A stretch of 64,000 nt of DNA from Scyliorhinus canicula (lineage: Eukaryota): assembly GCF_902713615.1 (NCBI RefSeq), contig NC_052158.1:36757729-36821728 (forward strand), in the 5' to 3' direction. The translations under genes and the position numbers were made by a program. This document shows, piece after piece, positions 13,201 through 26,000 of this stretch (positions within the stretch are counted from its first letter, which is position 1; each line of letters starts with the position of its first letter). The notes under the pieces are model-generated. The model was given only the letters and a program-made list of their open reading frames with translations, searched no databases and was not told where the DNA came from.

Positions 13201-14510
13201 TCTCCAGCTTGGCAGCCCTGCTCATGGCTCCTTTACCGCTGCCGCCGGCCAGGTTCTCCACCAGCCCGGTAGTGGTGGTGACCCTGCGGATATGGGGCCA
13301 GTGGAGGAGGCATGTAGGAGAGATGGGGGCATCTGTCTTGGCGCCAATCTGTGACAACCATCGGTTTGCCCCAGGGAGTATGAATGAGGGGTTTCGGGCA
13401 TGGTGGCGGGTACGGGTGGGTAGGGTGGGCGATATGTTCCTGGAAGGGAGCTTTGCGAATTTGAGGAGCTTGGAGGAGAAATTTGGTCTGGTAAGGGGAA
13501 ATGATTTCAGGTACCTACAGTTGCGGGTCTCTGTCCGCAGACAAGTCCCATCCTTCCCACACCTCCCGCCTTTGGGGATCCAAGACAGAATAGTCTCTCA
13601 GGGGGAAGGGGGGGAGGGTAGAGTCTCTGATATTTATAAGGTGCTCATGAAGGAGGAAGGGTCCCAGACGGAGGAACTGAAACTCAAATGGGAGGAGGAG
13701 CTAGGTGGGGAAATGGAGAACTGGAGAAATGGAGAAATGGGGAAATGGCAGAAGCCCTGAGTAGGGTGAATTCGACGGCAACATGTGCCAGGCCCGGCCT
13801 GATTCAATTTAAGGTCGTTCACCGGGCCCACATGACGGTGGCTCAGATGAGCAAATTCTTTGGGGTAGCGCTAGGTGCACAGGAGGACCAGTGAAGCACG
13901 TACACATAGTTTGGGCATGCCCGATGCTCAGGGGTTACTGGGAGGGATTTGCGGGGATCATGTCCCGGGTGCTAAAAACAAGGGTGGCGATGGGTCCAGG
14001 GGTGGCATTTTTGGGGTTTCGGAACACCCGGGAGTCCCGGGTGAGAAAGTGGCTGATGTTTTGGCCTTTGCTTCCCTGATAGCTTGGCGACGAATATTAT
14101 TGGCATGGAGGGACTCTAAGCCCCCGAAGACTGAGTTGTGGCTTACGGACATGTTGAGTTTCCTGGGTATGGAAAAAATTAAGTTCGCCCTGAGGGGATC
14201 TGTACAGGGGTTCACCCGAAGGTGGCAACCATTCGTTGACTTCTTTGCGGGAGAGTCAGCATCAGCAGAGGGGGTGGGGGGGGGGGGGGGGGGGGGGGAG
14301 AGGTTAGAGTAGAGTAGAGTAGGAGGGATAAATTGGCGGGTAGTGCCGGTGGGAGAGGAGCGGGCTTGTGCACTATGTTACCATTGAAGTATTGAATGTA
14401 CGCGGATGTTTGCACATTTTTGCCTTTCTGGCTTTCTTTCGGTTGATGTCCGTAACTGTTTACAATGCCAAAAAAACTACCTCAATAAAATTGTTTGTTA
14501 AAAAGAAATG
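10245..14510 (+). mobile_element. 5'-truncated L1-clade LINE, ORF2 broken by frameshifts
   Basis: APE motifs (ITWNVGGLN, MLQEIHL, GGWDFN), RT motifs (RGTRQGCP.SPLLF, LYAGD), C-terminal Cys/His region (HIVWACP), G-rich 3' UTR, AATAAA and an A-rich tail. Confidence 0.93.
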
Positions 14511-14937
14511 CACAAAAAAAGGGGATGATAATCTATCTCCTGCAGGCAGGTGCGTGTGGTAAAGTTGTAATTAGGTCACCCATGATCTCATTGCAAGCCG
14601 AAACAGGTTCGAGGGGCGGAGCGGTCGAGTACTGCTCTTAATCCATCTTTTCCGTTTCATGTCCGGAATTTACTGCAGGTATCTAATGGTGAAATTGCAT
14701 TGTCTCCATGGATATAGTATCAACCAACAAAATAATCGAAAATGCAGGAAACACTAATCGTGCACCATCTTCAGCAAGAGAGAAAAGTAAACAGGGTAAG
14801 GTAAATATTTTGAGCCCGTGTGAATCTTTTCATTTCTTTCGTCCCACTGATGCTATTGGGATGAATGCCTGTATATTACAGTTGCATTGAATATTGATGA
14901 AGTTCTGCGTGTCAACTGACTGGTTAAATTCAGAATG

Positions 14938-15261
14938 AGAGCATAGAACAGCACAGGCCCTTCGGCCCTCAATGTTGTGCTGAACAATGATCACCCTGCT
15001 CATCCACCCTTTACCCGTAACCCAACAATCCCCCCCTTAACCTTACTTTTATTAGGACACTACAGGCAATTTAGCATGGCCAATCCACCTAACCCGCACA
15101 TCTTTGGACTGTGGGAGGAAACCGGAGCACCCGGAGGAAACCCAAGCACACACGGGGAGGACGTGCAGACTCCACACAGACAGCGACCCAGCCGGGAATC
15201 GAACCTGGGACCCTGGAGCTGTGAAGCATTGATGCTAACCACCATGCTACCGTGAGGCCCC
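14938..15261 (-). mobile_element. V-SINE (tail class matching the CR1 at 42-47 kb)
   Basis: Full SINE. The tail reads ...CAGCACAACATTGAGGGCCGAAGGGCCTGTGCTGTTCTATG on the minus strand. Confidence 0.9.
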
Positions 15262-16089
15262 AGGGATATCGCATCTGTGAATGGGACGTCTGTTTCCACT
15301 TGTCGGAGAATATGGAACTGAGGATCACTGTTTAAACATAAATGGTCGCTCATTTAAGATAGAAATGTGACGCATTCCCTTTTTTCCCTGATAGGGCCAC
15401 ATGTCTCTGGAACTCTATTCCAAAGAAGGCAGTGGAAGCAAACTGTTTGAATATTTTTGAAGCAGAGTTCGGTAAAATCTTGAATAAAAAGGGGGTGACA
15501 GGTTATCGGCGGAAAGCAGGTATCTGTGGTAAAGTTGCAATCAGATCACCCATGATCTTTTTGAAAGCAGAAACAGGCTCGATGGACCGACCGGCCGACA
15601 ACTGCTCCTAATCCATATTTTCCGGTTCGTGTTGGGAATTTCTGCTGGTGTCGAATAGTTTAATTAAATTGTCTCCATGGATGTAGCATCAACTAGCAAT
15701 AAACATCGAAAATGCTGGAAAAACTCAGCAAATCGTGCAGCATCTGCAGCGAGAGAGAAAAATAAGCAGGGTAAGGCAAAAATTTTGAGCCCGGGTGAAT
15801 CTTTTCATTTACGATTTCCAGCATGTGCAGAATTTTGCTTCAATTCTAATATCAAATCGTATCTTTCGGCCCACTCTTGCTCTTGAGATGAATGTCTGGA
15901 GTGTAGAGGTAAAATGAATATCGATGAATTATCTGGGTGTCAACTGACTCGTTAATGTCAGATTAACAGCATTTGGTGTGTTTAACATTGGAACTAGAGG
16001 AATGGAATCAAATCAATGTGGCATGAAGTTTAAAAACCACAAAGGTGCGTGGTTCGATACCACACAGGGACGAAGTATAAAAAACATTA

Positions 16090-16153
16090 CGTCCCTGAGT
16101 GGGATCGAATACGGTTGACAGCCGAACTCGCTAACCGATTGCGCCACAGAGAC
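16090..16153 (-). pseudogene. tRNA-Asn pseudogene, ~10-nt deletion, anticodon drifted to GTC
   Basis: Asn 5' half is recognisable. The variable loop/T-stem 5' side is deleted and the anticodon loop reads CT-GTC-AA. Confidence 0.85.
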
Positions 16154-17117
16154 GACAACTAGTGCCATCCATGGACAAATTAGGAGTGAACCGGTCATCT
16201 TGTCTACATCATAATAGCAAATTATTGCTGATGCTGCAATCTGGAACAAAAACAGAAAAGGCTGGGCAGTCATAGCAGGTCTCACACATCTCTGGAGAGA
16301 GAACGGAGTCTGCGTTTCAAGAGAGGGTGACCGTGTGTCAAAGAAAAAAGACTGCACCAACATCCATATCCCTGTCAATAACGCGCCTCCAGCCTTCTGC
16401 ATTCGAACCATTGTTCTATTTTCTGCTTCCAGATATTCGCAATGAACCCAATACTAAACTTTATTTTCTGATGTGCATTAAGACAGTCATCTCAGTTTCC
16501 AAATATCAGTTAATTTCTAGAACCATTCTAAACAAGGGGAAGGTGTCTTGACTGCCTCTGATTGGTCGGGCAGCGCCCTCCCTTCTCCTGGGATTCTACT
16601 TCTCAAAATGTTTCCCAACATTCAGAAAACTGGAGCTTGATTTTCGTGTTTCGCTTCGTTTTAATTTTCTCCACTGCCAACTGGCTCTATTTCCCAAAAC
16701 ATTGCCCACTGCTCCTCATTGCATCGTGACCAGCTGTCAGGAAATTCGTTTATATGGAGAGACTATCGAGACCAAGAATATTCTCCGTGAATACACAAGG
16801 TTAAGTGGGTATTTGGTTGAGACGCTTAAACATTTTTGGGTGAATCGCCGAAGAAGCTGATGGAACAAATTGAGAGACTGTTTTCACTTCCAAAAAGACA
16901 AGAACTGGATGAGGACGATTTAAGATAATAATTAAAATATGAAACCGGAGCATGGGAGGGGAGCCTCGTATTCACAACAGTTTGAATTCTTAGCATCAGA
17001 CATGGGAAGAAGCATGCGCCTCAGTTATTAACCCGATTTAACCATGAAACAAACTCGCCTTTCTCCCCATAAATGTTGTGTTCTCAATGCGTTAATTTCG
17101 GAAAAAGCACAAGAAGT

Positions 17118-17189
17118 TACCGAGAATCGCATTCGAACCGAGGCTGCTGCGACCACAATGCAGAATACTAACCACGAGACGATCACGGC
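17118..17189 (-). pseudogene. tRNA-His pseudogene
   Basis: 72-nt His body with several substitutions in the acceptor, D and T arms. It sits at the homologous position of the array unit. Confidence 0.85.
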
Positions 17190-17460
17190 GCCACACAGCA
17201 CGCGCCGAGGTAATCTGCAACTGTTCATGGACTTGGCAATCAAGTGTTTCGAACCTATCACCACCTCACACTTTGTGATTCCCTAAGTACACCTTTAGCA
17301 GATGAACAGTTTGGATGTCTTACCCGTCGTACCATAATAATATTACTGCAACAAGTACATATATACATATATCTACTTTAAACAAGGCTTATAAAAACAT
17401 TACTGCAACCAATATAAAATATAACATATAACTTTTTCCACATTCATCCCATACACACTT

Positions 17461-17729
17461 ATGGAATTTCTACGTTCTCCCGGTGTCTGCGTTGGGTTTT
17501 TCCGCCTGCTCACGGTCTCTCCTACAATCCAAAGATGTGAAGGTTCGTTGGATTGGCCATGATAATTTGTGCCAGATTGTCCGAAATTGTACAGTTCTGC
17601 TGGACTGACCATGATGAACGGGCGGGGTTCTGGGGATAGAGCAGGTGGACGTGGGCCGAATCACTTCAGGAGGTTCGGTGTTGATTCGATGGGTAGAATG
17701 ACCACTTTCTGCACTCTGGGAATTCTATG
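17461..17729 (+). mobile_element. 5'-truncated degenerate V-SINE belonging to the array unit
   Basis: V-domain plus tail. A shorter remnant lies at the same place in units 1-2 (~2060-2160 and ~4180-4280). Confidence 0.7.
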
Positions 17730-19703
17730 GACTCCGCCCGAGAATTGCCGTTTTACAGCATAGACATGAGGTTGCACGCTGTGCCAGATGCAATCGATCC
17801 CCAAACATTTTGTTTCAAACATGGAGTTAGTTCCATTCACACCTCGCTGAGTGAAAACAGGAATTTCCTCAGCTCACGTCGCCCCTTACGGATCTTTGCA
17901 ACCACGTTATCATATACACCTTTCCTCCTGTTCCCGAATATTGTCAGTGAAAAGAATCTCTCCCTCTACTTCCTCTACTGGACTTCTCCACCCTCTTGCC
18001 TCTTGACTGTTGCACTTTAGATTGCCTCTCTTATCCCTATTTATCATTCTTTGCTCCAAATATAACAATCTCGGCCTTTATATTTTTTCAGTGGAACTGA
18101 TTTTCCTCCGCCTTGTACGTGACAGAAGCCGGATTATAATTATTACGGTTACTATTATTTTGAAAATAGATTCCCTGTTTGGAATGGGATAGGTCGAAAA
18201 GATATAACACAGAAAATTCCGTCTCCAGTATTGTGGCTGTTGAGCAACGCTGTTGAGAAACTGAATCAGAGGAAAAAGAAGGGCGAATAGCCAGAGAATA
18301 ATCAGAGACAGGCAAGGCAGATTTCCCATCTTTCGGAAGCTCAAATAGTTGCTCTGAATATATTGGAGAAATTAACAAATCTTAGAAATTGACATACTGC
18401 TCAGGGGAAGATAAAGCTTAACATTGGCTTCAGGTCAATTTGGATATTTGGAAACAGAATTTGCAATGTCAGGCACGAGTGTATGAGGCTGGTAGAGAGT
18501 TGTTCAGATTGGGATTGACGTCTGTGCAATGCTTACTGTTCCCATGCTGGTTCCCAAAATTGAATTGTCAATAATGGCAGGAAGAAAAATTGATGAGTGA
18601 TTGAGGGGTTCTGAGTTGGAGGCAGCTCCATATCTAAGTGCATTAACCGCAACAGGCTACCATACAGGTAGAGCAAGGACTCAGGAAAACTAATACATTG
18701 TTGTTATCGTGACAGGAATTGATTACAAAAGTAGGGAGGAGTTTTCAAAGGCTTTGGAGAAACACATTGAGTATTGTGTACAGTATAGGTCTCATTATTA
18801 AAGGAAATATTTAAGAAGCAAATCAGAGAAGTAATAGTACCGGGAATGGATAAATTGTCTTGTTTGGAAAGGCGGCAATGTTAGATCTGTCCGCACTAGT
18901 ACTTAGAAGATGAAGAGACGACTGAACCAAATCCTTTGTGATCCTGCGGGGCATCGCAGGTGTGAAAGAGCAAGAGGCTGTTTCCACTTGTTGGAGAATC
19001 TGGAACACAGGATAACTGTTTAGAAATAAATGGTCGTTCATTTAAGAGAGAAATGAAATCGCTTATTTCCCTGATAGGGCCATCAGTCTCTGGAACTCCA
19101 TTCCACAGAAGCAAAGTGTTTGAATATTTTTGATGCAGAGTTCGGTAGAATCTTGAATAAAAAGGGGGTGAAAGGTGATCGGCGCTAGGCATCTTTGTGT
19201 GTTAAAGTTGCAATCAGATCACCCGTGATGTAATTGAATGCCGAAACAGGTTCGATAGGCCGACCGGCCGACTGCTCCTCCAAATTCTTATTTTCCGGTT
19301 CGTGTTGGAAATTTCTGCACGTGTCTAATGCTTTATTTAAATTGTCTCCATGGGTATAGCATCAAATAGCAATAAAAATTGAAAATTCTGGAAAAACTCA
19401 GCAAATCTACACCATCTGTAGAGAGAGAGAGGAAAAAACAAGCAGAGTAAGGCAAAAAATATATTGAGCCGTATGAATCTTTTAATTTCAGATTTCCAGC
19501 ATGTGCACAATTTTGCTTCAATTCCGATATCAAACATTTTCTTTAGTCCCACCGTTGCTATTGGCGTAAATGTCTGTATATTGTAGTTCAAATGAATATT
19601 GATGAACGATCTGTGTGTGAACTGACTGGTTAAAATCAGAATGACAGCATTTGCCGTGTTTAATATTGGAACCGAAGGAAATAAATCAAATCAATGATTT
19701 CTG

Positions 19704-22020
19704 TTGTCAAATCAAGTCAGGCGACCCTGACCTATACAAAAAATCCAGGTACAACCTCCATAAATTCACCCAGGATGCCAAGGGACAATATCAGACCAAG
19801 CTAGAGTCACAGATTAGCGTTACAAACTCTCGTTGGTCATGTCAAGGCCGAAACAATGTAACGGTCTCCAAAGCGAAGCCGAACAGAATAACCCCTCCTC
19901 AATGAACTCAATGCATTCTATGCTAGGTTCGAGCAGGAAACCATCAAACAACTTTCGACTGTCCCACCAGTCCCAGATACACCCACACCCACCATCACAG
20001 CTTCCAAAGTCAGATGGACCTTCCTCAAAGTAAACCCTCGGAAGGCGATGGGTTGGACAGGGTCCCTGGTCATGCACTCAAAACCTGAATGGACCAGCAG
20101 GCAGATGTTTTTGCAGACAACGGAAACTCTCCCTACTCCATTCTGAGGTCTCCACCTGCTTCAAGAAGACCACCATCTTGCCGGTGCAAAGAAGAACCAG
20201 GCAGCCTTCCTGAAAGTAAACCCTCGGAAGGCGGTGCGTCCAGACAGGGTCGCTGGTCATGCACTCAGATCCTGGCAGAGGTGTTCCCAGACAACCTAAA
20301 CTCTCCCTACTCCATTCTGAGGTCCCCACCTGCTTCAAGAAGACCACCATCTTACCGGTGTAAAGAAGAACCAGGCAATGTGCCTCAATGACAACTGTCC
20401 AGTGGTTGACAACTGTCCAGTGGCCGACATTGATCATAATGAAGTGCTTTGAGAGACTGATTATGAGGCATATCAAACCATACTTCCAGAATGCCTAGAT
20501 CCCACTGCCACAACCGGTCTACAGCAGATGCCATCTGCCTGGTACTGGACACATCCCTGGAGCATCTCTACCACAAGGACTCCTACATCAGACTCCTATT
20601 TATTGACTCCAGCTCCGCCTTCAACAATATAATCCCAGCCAGGCTCATATCAAAGCTCCAAAACCTAAGACATGGCTCGACAACTGGATCCTTGACTTTC
20701 TGATCTATAGACCACAATCAGTAAGAACAAACAACGACACCTCCTCCATGATAGTCCTTAATACTGCTGCCTTGCAAGGCAGTGTATTTAGTCCCCGACT
20801 ATACATGTGGGCGGAACGGTAGCACAGTGGTCAGCACTGTTGCTTCACAGCTCCAAGGTCCCAGGTTCGATTCCCGGCTTGGGTCACTGTCTTTGTGGAG
20901 TCTGCACATTCTCCCTGTGTCTACGTGGTTTTTCTCCGGGTGATCTGGTTTCCTCCTCCAAGTCCCAAAAGATGTGCTGTTAGATAATTTTGACATTCTA
21001 AATTCTCCCTCTGTTTACCCGAACAGGCGCCAGAATGTGGTGACTAGGGGCTTTTCACAGTTACTTAATTGCAGTGTTAATGTAAGCATACTTGTGACAA
21101 TCAAGATTATTATTATTCCCTATACTCACAGGACTGTGTGGCAAAATATGGCTCCAACTCCATCTACAAAGTTGCTGATGACTGTAGTGCGTCAGATCTC
21201 AAACAACGATCAGTCAAAAGACATGAGGGAACCTCGTGGGGTGGTGTAATGACAACAATCTATCCATCAATGCCAGCAAAACTAAAGAGCTGGTCATTGA
21301 CTTCAGGAAGGAAAGTACTGTACACCCCTTTGTGTGCATCAACGGGGCCGAGGTGGAGATGGTTGACAGCTTCAAATTCCGTGGTGTGCACATCACCAAA
21401 AATCTGTCCAGGTCCACCCATGTCGATGCTATGACCAAGAAAGCACAATATACTTCCTCAGGAAAGTAATACATTTTGGCATGTCCACATTGACTCTCGC
21501 AACTTTTACAGGTGCACCATAGAAAACATCCTATATGGCTGCATCACAGCTTGGTATGGCAACTGCTTGGCCCAAGATGGTAAGAAACTGCAGAGAATCG
21601 TGAACACCGCCCAGTCCATCATACAAACGTACCTGCCATCCATTGACTCTGTCGACACCTCGCGCTGTTTTGGCAAAGCAGGCACATTAATCAAAAGCCC
21701 GTCCCACCCAGCTCACTCACTCTTCCAAATTCCTCCATCAAGCAGGTGATACAAAAGTCTGAGAACATGCACGAACAGATTCAAAAACAGCTTCTTCCCT
21801 GTATTTACCAGATTCCTCAACGACCCTCTTATGGACTGATCTGATTAATACTACACTCCTGTATGCTTCACCCGACGCCAGTGTCTATGTATTTGCATTG
21901 GGTATCTTGTGTTGCCCTACTATGTATTTTCTTTTCATGTACTAAATAATCTGTTTGAGCTGCATGCAGAAAAATACTTTTCACTCTACATCGGTACAAA
22001 TGACAATAAACAAATTCAAA
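19704..22020 (+). mobile_element. Rex1/Babar-type LINE RT fragment inserted in an array unit
   Basis: [56 protein letters not shown]. It carries an internal ~186-bp tandem duplication (20031/20217) and is interrupted by a SINE. Confidence 0.8.
20808..21116 (+). mobile_element. V-SINE subfamily with (ATT)n tail
   Basis: Same head and V-domain as other copies. The distinct tail is ...TTGCAGTGTTAATGTAAGC.TACTTGTGACA...ATTATTATT. Confidence 0.85.
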
Positions 22021-22075
22021 TGCACATACAAATGTGGCATGGAGTATAAAAACCACAGCAGTGGCTAGTACACTT

Positions 22076-22145
22076 CATTTCTGGGTGGGATCGAACCAGC
22101 CCTGGTTCGCTCTGGAATCGCTCTAACCGATTGCGCCACAGAGAC
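22076..22145 (-). pseudogene. tRNA-Asn pseudogene
   Basis: Ends (CTGGGTGGGATCGAACCA...CTAACCGATTGCGCCACAGAGAC on +) are retained and the anticodon arm is scrambled. Confidence 0.8.
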
Positions 22146-22838
22146 ATATGCTTCAAATAAACATGTACAAATCATAAAGGAAATAGTTTCAAAAAATCTA
22201 CATCATGGCAGGAAATTATTGCGGAAGCTGCAATCTGGAACAAAAACAGAAAAAGCTGTGCAGTCTCAGCAGGTCTGACAGCATCTGTGGAGAGAGAACG
22301 GAGTCTACATTTCAAGCCAGGGTGACTCTGTGTCAAAGAACGAAGACTGCACCAACATCCATATCCCTGTCAATAACACGCATCCAGCCTTCAACATTCG
22401 AGCCATTGTTGTATTTTCTGCTTCCAGATATTCGTATTGAAACCAATATTCTGATTAGTCGGGCAGCGCCCTTTGTTCTCCTTTGATTCAGTTTCTCAAA
22501 ATGTTTCACAACATTCACAAAACTGGAGCTTGATTTTCATGTGTCGCTTCGTTTTCAATTTCACACTGCCAACTGCCACTATTTCCAAAAACTTTGCCCA
22601 CTCCTCCTCATTGCATCATGACCAGAGGTCAGGAAATCCGTTCATATGGAGAGACTATCGAGACTGAAATTATTCTCCACGGGTAAAGAAGGGTAAGTGC
22701 ATGCTGGATCAACAAACATGAGCAGAAGCATGCGCTCAGTTTTTACCGCGATTTGGTCAAGAAAAGAACTGGCCTTTATACATGTAAATGGTTGATTTCT
22801 ATATGTGTTCATTTTGGAAAAAGCACAACAATTACCGC

Positions 22839-22910
22839 TGCCCTGACTCGGATTCGAACTGACGTTGCTGCGGCTACAACGCAGAGTACTAACCACTATA
22901 CGATCATTCG
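22839..22910 (-). pseudogene. tRNA-His pseudogene with GTA anticodon
   Basis: His D and anticodon arms are intact but the loop is TT-GTA-GC. The 5' acceptor strand is replaced at a rearrangement junction and the T stem has two mismatches. Confidence 0.85.
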
Positions 22911-23021
22911 CAATAAAACCAATATTAAACTATATTTTCTGATGTGCTCTAAGGACTGTCTTCTCAGTTTTCAAAAATAAGTTAATTTCTCAAATCATTC
23001 TAATCAAGAGAAAGGTGTCTT

Positions 23022-26000
23022 TTTTTTCATAATCATTTTATTGAGGTATTTTTGGTTTTACAACAACGGCAAAATAAACAATACACATAAGTCTATAAAC
23101 ATAGTGCAAAAAGCCTGCTTTCTCCCTGTCAGGTCCCACCTTTATTAACCCCCTAATATACTCTGAACGACCCCAGCCCCTTCTGCTGACGATTAATTTT
23201 CTGCAAAAATGTCGACGAACGGTAGCCACCTCCAGGCGAACCCTGACAGTGACCCTCTCAAGGCGAACTTGATTTTCTCTAAACAGAGAAAGCCAGCCAT
23301 GACAGTAAGCCAGGTCTCCGACATCGGGGGCTTTGAGTCCGTCCAAGCAAATAAAATCCGTCTCCGGGCTATCAGGGAAGCAAAGGCCAGAAAGACTGCC
23401 TCTTTCTCTTCCTGGATTCCCGGACCTTTTGTGACCCCAAAAATCGCCCCCTCTGGACTCGGTGCCATCCTTGTTTTAACACCATGGACATGACGTCTGC
23501 AAACCCCTGCCAGAAACCGCTGAGCTTTGGGCATGCCCAAAACATGTGGACATGGTTCGCTGTCCCCCTGCACCCCCCCCCCCCCCCCCCCCCCCCGCCT
23601 CCAGCACACCTTGCATGCCTATCTTCTGCACCAAAGAACCTGCTCATCCGGGCCTCTCTAATGTGAGCCCTGTGAACAACCTTGAACTGTATCAGGCTGA
23701 GCCTGGCGCATGTTTTGGATGCATTGACTCTACTCAATGCATCCGCCCAGAGACCATCCTCTATCTCTCCTCCAAAATCCTCTTCCCACTTGCACTTCAG
23801 CTCCTCAGTCTGCATGTCCTCTGACCCCATGAGCTCCTTATAGATGTTGGAGACCTTCCCTTCTCCGTCCAGCACTATGGAAACAAACCCTATCTTGAAC
23901 CCCCCTTGGTAGTAGTTGCGGGAAGGTTGAGACATGTCCATATAGCAAGTCCCGCACCTGCTGGTACCTAAATTCATTTCCCCTCACTAATCCAAATTTC
24001 TCCTCCAGCTACCTCAAGCTAGGAAAGCTCCCTTCTATAAACATGTCCCCCATCCCCTCAATTCCTGCCCTCTGCCATCTCCAAAACCCCGGTCCATCCT
24101 TCCTGGGGAAAACTGGTGGTTCTTGCAGATTGGAAACCAGACCGATGGTCCCTCTGCTCCCACATGTCCCATGTCCCATTGTCCCCAGACTCCCAGGGCT
24201 GCCACCAACACGGGGCTGGTGGAGTACTGTGCCATCAGGAATGGCAGAGGTGCCGCTATCAATGCCCCCAAACTGGTGACCTTACATGAGGCCATCTCCA
24301 GACGTTCCCATGCTGACCCTCCCCCACCACCCACTTCCTTATCATGGCTATATTCGCTGCCCAATAATAGTTACTGAAGTTTGCCAGCGCCAGCCCGCCT
24401 ATTCCCTGGCTCCACTCAAGCATCCCTTTTTTTACTCGCATGGTCTTGCTCGCCCATACAAAGCCCATGATAACTTTATTAACCCATTTTAAAAGGTCCG
24501 CAGAATAAAGATGGGGACACTGGAACACATACAGGAATCTCAGAAGGACCGTCATCTTCACCGTCTGGTCTCTCCCAGCTAATGACAACGGGAGCGCATC
24601 CCACCTCCGAAAATCGTCTTTAATTTGGTCTACCAGATGGGCCAGATTAAGTTTGTGCAACCGTTCCCATTCCCGCGCCACTTGGATGCCTAGTTACCTA
24701 AAACTTCACCTTTCCACTCTAAATGGCAGTTCCCCCAGATGCCTCTCCTGTCCCCTTGCCTCAATCGCAAACATCTCGCTTTTCCCCATATTTAGTTTGT
24801 ACCCCAAAAACCGGCCAAATTCCTCCAGAATCCTCATGATTTCATCAAATCCCCTCCACTGGGTCCGATACATACAGTTGCAGGTCATGTGCATAAACTG
24901 AGAATCTGTGTTCCACTCCCACCCCGGACCAACCTCTTCCAGCCCCTAGAATCTCTCAGCGTAATTGCCAGCAGCTCTCCAGCTAGCACGAACAACAGTG
25001 GGGAGAGAGGCACCCTTGTCTCAACCCCTCATAGAGCCTAAAATAGTCCAATGTCATCCATAAGCTCAACACAGGAGCCTGATACACAACCTGACCCAGT
25101 TAATAAAACCCCGCCCAAATCTGAACTGTCCCAGTACCTCCCACAGATATTCCCATTCTACTACTCGATCTAAAGCCTTCTCTGCTTCCATTGCGACCAC
25201 GACCTCCACCTTCCTACTTTCTGGGGGCATCATGATTGCATTTAGCAATCTTCTTACATTGGACACCAACTGCCTTCCCTTAACAAACCCGTTTTGGTCT
25301 TCCCCAATCACATCCGGAACACAGTCTTCAATCCTAGAGGACAAAATTTTGTTCAGCAGTTTGGCGTCCACTTCAAAAGGGATATCAGCCTGTAGGATCC
25401 ATACAGCGGATCCTTATCCCACTTCAGAATCAGTGAGATCGAGGCCTGTGACATCATTGGGGGAAGAACCCCTCTCTCCCTTGCCTCATTGAATGTCCTC
25501 ATCAACAGCAGCCCCAATATCCCAGCGAACATTTTATAGAACTCCGCTGGGTACCCATCCGGCACTGGGGCTTTCCCCGACTGCATGGCCTTCAGCCCCT
25601 CCACTATCTTTTTGATCCCAATCGGGGCCCCACCCCTTCTACCAGATCCCCGTCCACCTTTGGGAAATTCAGCCCCCTAGGAAGTGCCTCATACCCTCTG
25701 GCCCTGTGGGGGTTCAGACCCATAGAGCCTACTATAAAACTCGTTTAACGCATTATTCACCCCTGCTGAGTCTCTCACCAAGTTCCCGTTACCATCCTTT
25801 ACTTTCGCTATCTGCCTGGCTGCCTCCCTCTTTCTAAGCTGCTGTGCAAGCATTCTGCTGGCCTTCTCTCCATGCTCATAAATTGCCTTTCTCAGCTGCT
25901 CCACCGCCCTCCCTGTGGTTAGCAAGCAAAACTCCAACTGTAGCCTCCGCCATTCCCTGAAAAGCCCTGCATCTGGGGTCTCCGCATACCTCCTGTCGAC

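Larger units (their letters stand above)
15940..19700. repeat. older, longer (~3.7 kb) diverged array unit
   Basis: The unit landmark ACTGACT..TTAA..TCAGA..ACAGCATTTG occurs at ~15945 and ~19621. The unit contains Asn and His pseudogenes plus ~1.5 kb of CR1/Penelope remnant absent from units 1-2. Confidence 0.75.
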
